From: Schizosaccharomyces osmophilus
Lineage: Eukaryota
Direction: 5' to 3'
DNA: 64,000 bases
NCBI RefSeq assembly: GCF_027921745.1
Contig: NC_079240.1
Location: forward strand, 558,001-622,000
Shown here: positions 35,679 through 47,243 of the stretch, one piece after another
How positions within the stretch are numbered: position 1 is the stretch's first letter
Layout: the number at the start of each line of letters is the position of its first letter
Notes under the pieces: model-generated
What the model was told of the DNA's origin: nothing
The model's input: only the letters and a program-made list of their open reading frames with translations
Database searches by the model: none
Made by a program: the position numbers and the translations under genes

Positions 35679-36802
35679 CGTTAATGCCTCTTTATTTTGT
35701 TCCAACAAACACTTATAGTAGACGGAAAAAGAAATCAAGCGTTATGCGAGTTGAAAACGTACAACTTTATGCACGTCATTATCAAAGACCTCGCTTATAT
35801 TATACGTATTATAATTTCTGGTACATATAGTTTGAATAATAATTATAGTCTTATGACCATTAGACTAACGAGTTGCTGTATTACAAAATGTAAACAAACT
35901 TCAATAATGCAGATTCGAAGCCAAGAAGCAAACTATATACCTTGTGGGAAAATGCACTGAGCATAACAAAAAGTTAGTTGGGGGACCCTATAAACAATAT
36001 GGCACTTGTATAAAGCGCACAGAAACACTATCAATGCACAGTGGATCCGCAGAATCAACGGATGACAGAGGTAAGTAAAAGATTCGAGCCCTTGAATGAG
36101 AAGAGTTCAATAAGTTGTTCTCATGGAACTCTTGTGGTATCTTCCTTAAACTACAAATTTGCAATTCCATTCTTTTGTTTACCGGATACCTCTTAAATTT
36201 ATCACCGCTGGCTAAACTTTTTTCAGTTCACAAACAAACAACTGGATAGAAAAGGTTTCAATGATGTATCGCTTCTGAGTTTGGGGATTTAAGGGTCTTT
36301 CGGCAATCCCAAGCTGTTGAGCGTTGCTGCTCATACTTGACAAAGCAGAGCATACAATGTTTAATCTCTGATAAATGGAAAAAAATTCCTAGCCATCAGA
36401 ATTATTAGGAAGTCATTCTCTTTCATTTGTATAGTAAAGCAGCATTGGCCTTTTGCATTATGAGAGGCTTTACTTGACAAGATATACTAAGTAGTATAAT
36501 AAGGTGAGATCCCTATTTCCAGTGTTTATGGTTGAGTTGCCCAAAAGCAGAGTAAGTATACAACCTTGTAAAAGGCAATCTTTCAAGCAAAGTGATATGC
36601 ATATGTTTTGCTTTTAAGCAGAACAAATATCAAAACCATAAGAATGGACTATTGACAGCACATTACATGGTGAATTTTAGTCGTATGCAATACCAATACG
36701 AAGTTGGTCAATCGGCTTTTGGCAAAGTGAACATTGGGTGATAAAAGCTCGCTTTTTTCTACAGTTGTGCTTTTTAAAGGTAATATTTTGACAATCCTAA
36801 CA

Positions 36803-37577
36803 TTATGTTTCATGGTGCCGACGTCTTTTTGAAATTCCGTGCTTGTGAGATAGAGATCCATGCTCTTTCGGCGAACTTCGTTTAGATTTGTGTCTTTCCT
36901 TTCTTTTGTATGCCTTTTCTTTTTTATTTTTTTCATCAAAACCGTTTTTCTCTGTAAGAAGAGAATTTACAAGCGACATAGGATCGTCACGGACCGATCT
37001 CTTTATGGTCGTCGATGTCGAATTTTCCGTTGATTCTGAGTTCTGTTGCATATACCATGGAAGAGGTCCTTAAACAATTAGTTAATAAGGCAATAAAATT
37101 AACACGAATACATACCTAGTCCATGCTTTTCTTTCATAACTTCAATCTCGTGTCCGTGCTTTCTGTAAAGCTCCTGACGATCATGTTCCTAATTTTCACA
37201 TTGTTAGAATCTAGAAGACGTAAGAACCATTTATAGTAAACATACTCTTTTCTCCTCTTGCTCCCAAAAATTTGCAAATTTGCCCTTTGGTCCCGGCATA
37301 AAATCCGGCAATTCCGTCAAGCCTCTCAGTCTTCGAAGTTTGTTTTCCGAGTCCTATGAAACATTGTAATTAGAATTATGTATAAGTGGACTACACGCTC
37401 GTTTACCCGCTTAGCTAGTTGTCCGTCCGAAATTCGAGCCAACTCTTCGTCACGGCGAACACGCTCTACATTTTTTTCGCTGTATACTAATTACACAAGT
37501 TAACATAAAATTATTGGAGTATGAATCTCAAATATCCTACCATTCCAGCTTTTGTGTTTCAGTAAATTCAATGGCAT
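36803..37577 (-). CDS. Cir_N-domain protein (LENG1-like, putative splicing-associated), 5 exons
   Basis: Exons 37577-37541, 37486-~37407, 37353-37246, 37188-37116, 37068-36803; MPLNLLKHKSWNVYSEKNVERVRRDE motif, PWY, DDPM, basic C-terminus. Confidence 0.85.
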
Positions 37578-38139
37578 GGTAATTTCGCAAACTTGCTGCC
37601 GATACAAGGTGTATTCCAATAGATATAAATTATAATGGATATTTTAATCAAAATGCTTTGATTAAGCCTCATAGAAGTACATTCTTCCTCAATTGAGTTC
37701 CTGGAAAGAAAATGTTTCAAATGTGTTGGGTTCGTAATATAGGATCGCTCTCCTTTCTAGCATCAATATAATGATGCTTGTTTTAAATGTAAAGTCAAAG
37801 TGTCCTTTTTTATCTTTATGTCAAATAAGTCTTTTATATTAATTATGTAGATTGAGAAGTTCTGGGAGAGTAGCAAGGAAAGGTCCATTGAAATGTCCCT
37901 TTATACATTGGCGAGAGATTCATTCATCAGAATCAATTTCGTACTATATATTTAAAGAATTGCCGTATTCAGTATGTTTCCTTGGAGGTTTCCATTTCGT
38001 CATAAAAATCAGGCAAGACAATTTAGCAAAAAATTTATGGAGTCAGAATATATACTTTAGCACTAATACTAGTATTCTAATTAAAAAACATCCGTCTTTT
38101 CGTGTTTGTGTTGGACGAAGAGTATAATCGAATTTGCGA

Positions 38140-38145
38140 ACGCGT
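38140..38145. promoter_or_regulatory. MCB element ACGCGT upstream of smc6
   Basis: Exact motif about 200 bp before ATG 38347; single copy, so function uncertain. Confidence 0.45.
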
Positions 38146-38346
38146 CGTAATTAAACCTATTCATTTCCAAACACCATTCTTTTTCCTACATAGTCACTGT
38201 GTGACAAGAAATCCCGATTAAACCTTTTAATCTTGCATTTATTACTTTCCTTTTCTTCATTTGAGGCTCGTTTCTCTTATCATAGAAGCGAATCTTGCGA
38301 TATCCTCATACACGATTTTTGAGTCGTCCTTTTTGGGCAACTTTTC

Positions 38347-41300
38347 ATGAGTTCAGAGCAGGAAGGTGATTCTCTATATTTGGGGAATGAATTAGAAACT
38401 GAATTTGAAGGCAGCACCCATGGAACACGCCGTTCCTCTTCTTCTTCTCCTGAACCTCTTAATGCGGTATGTTTAATTTACCCTGCGAAATTCAGGATTA
38501 TATTAACTGGAAATCATTAGAAAGATTCAAAAAGAAGACGTATTGAACATGAACAGGATTCTTCTATAAAAACAAAAGCACTTCAAAGATTTGCTTCGAC
38601 CGAACTATCCAGAAATGATACTATAGATTCCATTGGCGAAGATGCTTTTCAAGGAGAAACTCAACCGAATCCTCAGTTTGAAAACCGTGTCGGAGTAATA
38701 GAAAGCATTCATCTTATTAATTTTATGTGTCATGACTCGTTGCGTATAAGTTTTGGCTCAAGGATCAACTTCGTTATTGGCCACAATGGAAGTGGAAAAA
38801 GTGCAATCTTAACTGGACTTACTGTTTGTCTAGGAGCGAAAGCCTCTAGCACCAATCGTGCTCCGAACATGAAGAGTCTGATCAAGCAAGGTAAAAGCTT
38901 CGCAAGGATATCCGTTACCATTAGCAATAGAGGATTTGAGGCATATCAAAGGAACGTCTATGGTGATTCTATTACCATTGAACGTACCATCCGTCGGGAA
39001 GGCTCTAGTGAATATAAGCTTCGGGGTCACGATGATACCGTTATTTCTACGAAACGTGAAGAGTTGGATAGTATTTGTGATCACATGGGACTTCAAATAG
39101 ACAATCCTATGAACATTTTAACACAAGACACGGCGCGTCAATTCTTAGGAAACTCGAGCCCAAAGGAAAAATACCAGCTCTTTATGAAAGGAATCCAACT
39201 CAAGCAATTGGAGGACAATTATTCTTTGATCGAACAAAGTTTATATCATACAAAAAATGCTTTGGATGGAAAAAAGTCTGGTCTCCTCCAGTTAGCCAAG
39301 AAGGAAGAAGAATGTAAAACCAAATGGGACCAGTCCCGTGAAACAGAGAATCTTCATAATATTTTGGAAAAGAAGAAAGAGGAAATGGCTTGGGCATTAG
39401 TTGTTGAAGTCGAAAAGGAACTTTTGGGTACTGAAGAAGAGGTACGGGCAGCGGAAGCTCGTGTTAACCAATGTCATGAAGAAAGGAATTCGTACGTTAA
39501 AAAATTCAGTGAATTTGATGAAAGGATTTTAGTGAAAAATCAGGCTATGGAGAGTCTCAAAACCTCTATTACAGAAACCAAAGCAAAATTTGAAAACGTA
39601 ATTAAAACCTTCGAGGCACACCGGTCGGAAATGAGTGATGTGGACATACAGAAAAGGGATATTCAAAACAGTATAAATGCTGCGAGAAACTGTCTTCAGA
39701 TTTACAAGGATCAGCTAGCTAGTGAACGCGAACGCCAAAATACTGATGATGTCTCCGATCACCAACGAAGGCTCGATGAGATTTCTACTTTACAAAGGCA
39801 GATTGCCAATTTAAGTGAACAAGCGGTTGAATTGGAATCCAAAAGGAATGAGCTTCATACGACTGTTTTTGAAAAGGAAGGTAACCTGTCTTCTCTTCTT
39901 GATAAAAAGGATGCTTTAGCTAAACAGGTGTCCAATCAAGCCGAAAAGATTCGCGTCATGGAGGAGGTCCAGAGAGACAAGTTGACAGCGTTTGGTAAGA
40001 ATATACCGTATCTGCTACGATTAATAACTCGAGAAACTCGATTTCAACATCCCCCCAAGGGACCTATGGGTCGATTTATGACTGTAAAAGAAGAAAAATG
40101 GCATCTCACTATTGAGAGAATATTGGGAAATGTAATAAATGGTTTTATTGTACGGACTCATCATGACCAACTAATTCTAAAAGAATTAATGCGTCGTGCT
40201 AACTGTAACGCTACTGTTGTTGTAGGCCGTTATGATCCCTTTGATTATTCTCTTGGAGAACCAGTCACTCCCTACTCCACTGTTCTTCAAGCAATTCGCT
40301 TTGAAGACGATGAGGTACTACATACATTGATTAATCATTTGGGAATCGAAAAGATGCTTTTAATTGAGGACAGAAAAGAAGCCGAAACATACATGAAAAG
40401 TGGTGTTCTAAATGTGACTCAATGTTATGCGCTGGACCCTAGAAGTAAAGGTTTTGGATTCCGTATAGTAAGTAACCAACGATCGTCAGGTATATCCAAG
40501 GTTACACCGTGGAACCGACCACCAAGAATTGGTGGCTCCGGTTCAATGGACTCTAGGCGAGAAAAAGAACAGCTCGAGAACCTTAAACAGCTTTACGATA
40601 ATGCTAATAATGATCTTCTTGCTGCGAAGCAAGAACAGGGAAAGTACAAAAGGGAAGAACAAATTGTTATTGAGAAGATTGAGGTGATTAAAAGAGAAAT
40701 TTTGGATACGCGGAGGCAGGTTAATGCCTTGGAATCAGTGGAAACCTCGGTGCTGGACACTGAGAAAATTCAAAGTCTTGAAAGAAAAATTACAGAGACT
40801 GAAAAAGAATTAGAAAGTTACGTTGGCCAACTTCAAGATGCTAAAGATGAAGAGCGAAGGATAAGGGAGGAGCAAAGGCCTGTTATAGATGAAATTGAGA
40901 TGTTTAAGGAAAAAATTCAAAGTGAAAATCAAAAATTGGCATTGCAGCAAGCCGAAATTGATCAAATTAGGGACGAAAAAACGAGACTGGAAATGGCACA
41001 AGAGGAATACGTGAATAAGTCCGATCATTTGTTGAATGAAATGCGAGAAAAAGAGGCTAAACGGATACGCTGTTCCCAAGTAGTAGCCGAGTACAGTGCG
41101 AAAGCGGCTACTCGATGCGAACGGGTTCCCGTGACGCATACACCGACGGAACTGGATAATGAAATTGAAAGACTACAGCTTCAAATTACGGAATGGCGAA
41201 ATCGGACCGGCATATCTGTAGAGCAAGCAGCTGAAGATTATTTGAAAGCAAAAGAAGAACACGATCGTTCTAAGTTATTGGTAACAAAATTACAGTCGCT

Positions 41301-41832
41301 TTTGGAGTCACTGGAAGAGACTTTGAGGAAGAGAAATGAAATGTGGGTTAAGTTTAGAAAGCTAATTACGCTGCGTACCAAGGAATTATTCGAGCTTTAT
41401 TTGAGTCAAAGAAACTTTACAGGGAAATTGGTTATTCGACATCAAGATGAATTCTTAGAGCCCAGAGTATATCCCGCCAACAGAAATTTGTCGGTATCTC
41501 GAGACCGTCAAACATTGTCTCAAGTCAGTGTCCAAGGTTTATCAGGTGGTGAAAAATCGTTTGCTACCATTTGCATGCTATTATCCATATGGGAAGCAAT
41601 GAGTTGTCCTCTACGATGTTTGGACGAGTTTGATGTTTTTATGGACGCTGTCAATCGACTTGTGAGTATCCGTATGATGGTCGATTCAGCGAAAGACTCC
41701 TCCGAAAAGCAGTTCATATTCATTACACCACAAGACATGGGTCAAATTGCATTTGATGATGATGTCGTCGTTTTTCGTTTAAGTGATCCTGTTAAATCTT
41801 CAAGCGCTCTACCTGCCTCCACAGCTCCGTAA
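38347..41832 (+). CDS. smc6: Smc5/6 complex SMC subunit Smc6 (2 exons)
   Basis: Exons 38347-38466 and 38521-41832; Walker A GHNGSGKS, coiled coils, hinge, LSGGEKS, CLDEFDVFMD. Confidence 0.96.
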
Positions 41833-42006
41833 GCCGTACTTCTCAATTTACGATTAACTTTATTGTTATTCTATTTAAAGTATCTTTTGTATCTCATATG
41901 AAATTCGTTTACATGATTTATTTCCCACATAGACTAAAAAATTTAGACATAGAAAACGGGTGTTTATGTTACTTCTGTGAGTTTTGGTTACTTTAAACAC
42001 TGTGTT

Positions 42007-42025
42007 AGGGTAGGGTATGTGACTT
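42007..42025 (+). promoter_or_regulatory. Homol E (AGGGTAGGGT) and variant Homol D (TGTGACTT)
   Basis: Motifs about 70-87 bp upstream of ATG 42094. Confidence 0.8.
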
Positions 42026-42093
42026 GTTTTGGCTTATACCAACATAACCGAAAATCTGTATTTTACCAAATCAACTCACCACAGGACATTAAA

Positions 42094-42540
42094 ATGCCTA
42101 CTCATCTTGCTAAGAATCGTAAGCTTCGTGGTCACGTTTCCGCCGGTCACGGTCGTATCGGAAAGCACAGGAAGCATCCTGGTGGTCGTGGTCTTGCTGG
42201 TGGTCAACACCATCTCCGTACTCACTTGGATAAGTACCACCCTGGTTACTTTGGTAAGGTTGGTATGCGCCATTACCACCTTTTAAGAAACCCTTTGTGG
42301 CGCCCTAGTGTCAACTTGGACCGTCTCTGGACTTTGGTCCCCAACGAGACTCGTGAAAAATACTTGGGTAAGAACACCGAGGTTGCCCCTGTGATTAACA
42401 CTCTCCAATCTGGTTATGCCAAGGTTTTGGGTAAGGGTCGTCTTCCTGAGACTCCTGTTATTGTTCAAGCTCGCTACGTCTCCCGCAGAGCTGAGGAGAA
42501 GATCAAGCAAGCTGGTGGTGTTGTTGAACTTGTTGCCTAA
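42094..42540 (+). CDS. rpl2802: 60S ribosomal protein L28/L27a (uL15), 148 aa
   Basis: [33 protein letters not shown]; true start is ATG 42094. Confidence 0.97.
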   Translation: MPTHLAKNRKLRGHVSAGHGRIGKHRKHPGGRGLAGGQHHLRTHLDKYHPGYFGKVGMRHYHLLRNPLWRPSVNLDRLWTLVPNETREKYLGKNTEVAPVINTLQSGYAKVLGKGRLPETPVIVQARYVSRRAEEKIKQAGGVVELVA

Positions 42541-42963
42541 ACAAAAAGTAATACATAAAAACACCTGAGTGGCTAATTTTTGGTGTGCTTTGTTGATTGT
42601 AGTGTATATGTATGCGTAAAACTGAGTAGTATGTTGTAACGTTTGAGGTGAATTCTAGAATAGATATCCGTTTTGAAGCATTAAAAGATCTGACTATAGT
42701 TGCTTTCCATTCAAAGAACGCCTATAAGAGGATATCCTTTGTATGAGTAGCTTGAGTAGCTGGAATATCATCATGCGTATAGAGCAAGAGTAAGACTGTT
42801 TGGAACTTGGCAAGAACCATACTCATGGAACAATCTTAAGGGAAAAAAAAAGAAAGGCTTTACAGACTTCGGGATATTATCTCTGTCTAGATTTTGTATG
42901 AGAAAGAAATATTAGGCAAAATTCTGGCATTTAGGAGCTGGTAACAGTGTAAATGCGGATTTC

Positions 42964-43548
42964 ATGATGGATTCAAAACGTCAACAATTACAGTACTTGT
43001 TAAATATTTCAGTTTCTACGTATCCCGTTAGTCCATCTTTGTCGAGTCATTATTTACGCAAATTTTATGGGTTAATGGAAGAATGGGACCTTGAATTGGA
43101 ACCAAATACATTGCTTAATGGGTGTAAAAAATGTGGAAGTATCTTTTTAATTGGGAAAACTGCATCTATCCGGACGCATTCGCATCATCGAAAAGAAAGG
43201 TCTGACTTACCTAAAGGACAAGTTGCAAGGATGGAAACAAGCTGGTTCCTCGCTTGTAATGTTTGTGGTGGTAATTTTGAGGTTTCTGTTGGCGCCCCAG
43301 CGAGGATTCATAAAAGTAGAGCTGCCTTGCGGGCCGGTGAAGCTGCTAAAGCTAAAAAGACAGAGGAAGCCAGTACTCAACACGCAAGCTTGGATACTAC
43401 CAAGACATCCAAAAACATGAAAGGTAGGCAACGGCAAAAGATTCGATCCTCAGGATTGAATGGGATCTTGGCTAAGAAAAAGGAGCGTGAGGCGGAAAGT
43501 AAGTCCTCTTCATCATTGAATCTGTCCGATTTTATGTCTACTATTTAA
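42964..43548 (+). CDS. RNase MRP/P Rpr2/Rpp21/Snm1-family zinc-ribbon subunit
   Basis: LQYL...SPSLSSHY, CKKCGS and CNVC zinc ligands, basic tail ending SLNLSDFM (Snm1/MRP-type). Confidence 0.82.
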   Translation: MMDSKRQQLQYLLNISVSTYPVSPSLSSHYLRKFYGLMEEWDLELEPNTLLNGCKKCGSIFLIGKTASIRTHSHHRKERSDLPKGQVARMETSWFLACNVCGGNFEVSVGAPARIHKSRAALRAGEAAKAKKTEEASTQHASLDTTKTSKNMKGRQRQKIRSSGLNGILAKKKEREAESKSSSSLNLSDFMSTI

Positions 43549-43856
43549 AGAGTTTATTTGTCTTGCATCTTCCTCATACTCGGGTTTCCACTAACTTTAT
43601 TAACTATATATGGTTTGGTTTATTCTTTCTGTGTGAAGTCTTCAACTGAGGTGCTTGCGAGCAGTTTATTGAGTATAACTTGGTACATGTGATGAAATGT
43701 ATATATAATAATCTCTTTGTTGTTCTAGAAGTAAATAAACCAAAGTGAGAATTGCCAATTGTAAAAGGTATTCGTTTGTCGGAGTAGTGCAAGTATGTAA
43801 CTTTCTAGCTAGACCAAATTGACCTAATTGAGATTCAACTATTTCCTCAAATCATT

Positions 43857-43887
43857 CCCGTAAACCGAATTTATTTCGGTTTACGGG
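43857..43887. repeat. Perfect 13-bp inverted repeat CCCGTAAACCGAA-tttat-TTCGGTTTACGGG
   Basis: Read directly from the sequence. Confidence 0.92.
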
Positions 43888-43958
43888 TAAGCAGCCACCC
43901 TCATACATTCACTCATTCACTTGTGGGAGTAACCCAGCACCCATTCCCTTCCAAGATC

Positions 43959-45375
43959 ATGAGCTCAAGAATTGGGCCTCAAAGGTCTACAAAAACTGCC
44001 GCAAAACTTAGATTATTACCTTCAACAGAAGAATTCGCTGACTTTAGACGGCAGGACACCGGTCGTGAAGTATACTCACAACTTCCCCATATTGAAGGAT
44101 CTACGGCTAGAAAAGATGCAGAATACCTAGGAAAACGACACCGTGAGCATTTGCCTCGTGTCACTGCCTATTGCACATGCGATACTTTCCGGGTAGACTT
44201 GCTTTTCAAGTTTTTCCAATCTCGTCGGAGTAGCCATAAAACAAGACCTAAACAGTTTGATGAATGGTAAGTGAATACTACTTAAAAAAATGCCTTTTTT
44301 ATTTAACACTTTATTTTAAAGCATTTACAGCACATACAGTTATGGTAGCGAGGAAACTGTAGACCTACTTGGAGACGAAATTGAGCCGGATCGGAAATCT
44401 TTAAACGGTGGATCCACTGCAACCCATGATACCATCCATAATGACATTTTTGAAACAGGGTTAGACAGAAATCAACCTTTGTTTCGAGAAGTGTTTTGCT
44501 TTAGCTACGGAGTGGTTGTATTATGGGGTTATACTATTGAAGAAGAACACCGGTTTTTGCGAGAATTGAGTCGTTTTGAAATTGAAAAACTAAGTATGTG
44601 AACGAAGTCCGACATCTTGTATTTTGTGTTGGCGATTTGACTCTCAATGAAGCGAACGGAACGTGGTAGCTAACGTGTTTAGAAATGGATGATATAGAAG
44701 TTGAAGAGTTTAATTATTATGTTACTAATCTTTATCAACCAAGAGTAAGCTATTTGCTTGATTGTTCAGATGATACTAATAACTTGTGAGAATAGATTTT
44801 TAATGACTTTATCGCTCTGAGAGATGCCTCTAATTATATGATTCGTTTGTCTATATCTCATGCAATTGCACAATCCGTCAAAATTTCTCTTTTCGAGGAG
44901 CTCGTCAACGAAACGATAGATGCTACCAAGGATACGCCACAGATGATTGCCGAGTCTGGTAGAATCAAATTAAAACGGGAAGAGATTATGATGGCTGTTG
45001 GCCAGTTATTTATTTTACGAATTAATATAAATTTACAGGGAAGCGTTTTGGATAGTCCTGAGTTGATGTGGACAGAACCGCAGCTTGAGCCTATTTACAC
45101 AGCAGCGAGGTCGTATTTGGAAATCAATCAGCGTGTTGCTTTGCTAAACCAGCGTGTCGAAGTAATTGGTGATCTGTTGTCTATGCTTAAAGAGCAAATC
45201 ACGCATACTCACGATGAATCCTTAGAATGGATTGTTGTAATTCTTATGGCTTTACTTGTTCTCATTGCCATCTTTAGCATTTTGGTAAGTTCATATTCCC
45301 TTCGAGCGTTTCGACTCGTTCCCAATTTAATGCTAATGTTGTATGATCCAGGTTGATTTGAGGTTTTTCAAGTAG
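43959..45375 (+). CDS. sif2: Rmd1/DUF155-family protein, Sad1-interacting factor 2 (5 exons)
   Basis: Exons 43959-44266, 44322-44593, 44683-44744, 44796-45284, 45352-45375; PRVTAYCT, FSYGVVVLWG, ISHAIAQSVKISLFE, LEWIVVIL. Confidence 0.92.
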
Positions 45376-45773
45376 TTGGGTACAGGTTGTTTTATCAATA
45401 ATTTATTTAATTTCAATGGAAAATAGGCTTCTTGAGTATTTATCTTTATAAAATCATTATTTGAAAGCCTACATCATTGTGCGCGTAAAGAATCAAAGAT
45501 CAAAAAGGTCTTTTCTTTTCAGACGATAGATGAGTGGAATTGATAGATGGCATCGAAATTATATGAATGATAATTCGAGGGTGTCGTTAATCTAGGCCTC
45601 ATTATAACGGCATCATCAATTCACAGATTACATAACGGACTTAGATTTCTATTTCCTTTGGCTAGCATTTTGTCTTCTATTTTATTCCCATAATCATTTA
45701 ATACATTGTTTTAGCATCTGGTTCCTTTCAGTCGTGCGTTGGAGGTGGATTGGAGTCCTACATAGTTAGTTGC

Positions 45774-46195
45774 CTATTCAGCTGCCACATTTATAGTTTG
45801 ATAATTTACCGAAGCTTCCAATGATGAATGAACAACTCTGTCTGATGATTCTGGAAGATCGTGCTCTTTCGGTTCTTTCTGATGTCCCATATATTCGTTG
45901 TACGTGTTCTTGAGCATTTGTGTTTCCAATCGATATCTCTGAATGTCTTTCTCTACGTGGTAAATTTTGATGGCATATTGGACACATTCTTTCTCAACGT
46001 CTGCCACTTTTTTTCGAATTCGAGCAATCTTTTGTTGATATACATTTTCTGATTCTACGTGTTAGTTGGACATTGTGAATACATGAGACGCAACATGCTC
46101 GTTCACAAACCTGGATTGGTATTCGGATCCTTTAACAATTTCAAAGTTAGTTCATAAAAGAAACACTCATCAGTCTCTCATACCTGAGAATCCAT
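45774..46195 (-). CDS. hap2: Small coiled-coil protein, probable Ino80-complex subunit (3 exons, 103 aa)
   Basis: Exons 46195-46184, 46129-46111, 46054-45774 splice in frame: [33 protein letters not shown]...; name from recalled synteny (SPCC16C4.20c). Confidence 0.7.
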
Positions 46196-47243
46196 TTTTG
46201 TTTTTACGCGTCGTCGTTTGTGCTAAATCGGAATTTCTCGCCGTAAAGGACGCTAAAGAAAATAAAGATACCGAAGTCTGTAAAGTTATTGTTATATTTT
46301 TTTACGTGCGATGGTGTAGTCGTAAAAGAATAAACAATCATGACATGTAAACAAAAACTCAGCTCAATTTACCAAAAAAAACTAGAAATGGCTCAATTTG
46401 GATTCTGAAAAGCATAAAAGATGAATTAAAAGAAGTCGATGATTGTCCTAGTCTCATAATTATTTACATTTTTCAGTTGATTTTCTTTGTACCGTTTAAG
46501 AAATTAAGTCTTCATGAAAACGCGAAATTCATATTCGATCTTACTGCACTGTACACGAACGAAGTGATAAAATAAATCAATTGGTTTACGTGATAAAATG
46601 AAACAAATAACGCTTGTACCTATATTACTCACAATTGAAAATGGCATATTCCCCAATGTTGAATTACAAAACACAAATTTTTAACATACACTGACTATTA
46701 AAAATTGTCTTGCGGTATATAAGACAAAAAGGCAGAATTAACATTATTCACATATAGTAAGGTGTATCAAAAACAAAAAAGCAGTATGTTGTACAGTTGC
46801 CAAGTCCTACTTGACAAATCAAGATGTATCATTAGTATGTAAAAAAAGTAAAAAACAAAAAGGAAATATAAACACTTCTCTTAAAACATCAAGGAATGTA
46901 AAAAGCTAAACATCCGTGTCGTGTATCAATAAACTGAGGTGCAATCGTTCAAGAACTGAAATGCAAAATTCCATCAGATTAAAAAATCAAGTATTTCGAA
47001 ACGAGAAATCTATACAAACAACTGTCATTCCATCAAAATTTATATATCAATATCAGTTAAAAGAAATGCTCACGCCAACGTAGTTTGTTATTAGAAAATC
47101 ATTAAAAAGTCCATTAAATACGATCGGCCAGATTCATTGAAAAATTTATACAGGGTGTAATATGACAAAGAACGAACACTTTCAAAGACACAGTTTGAAA
47201 GGTTGTAAAAGAAAAGTGAGCAAACAAAAAAAAAACATATAAA

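Noticed and set aside
41977..42093. N-terminal extension of Rpl28 in the ORF track
   Set aside because: GTG start upstream of the Homol E/D promoter boxes; the conserved start is ATG 42094
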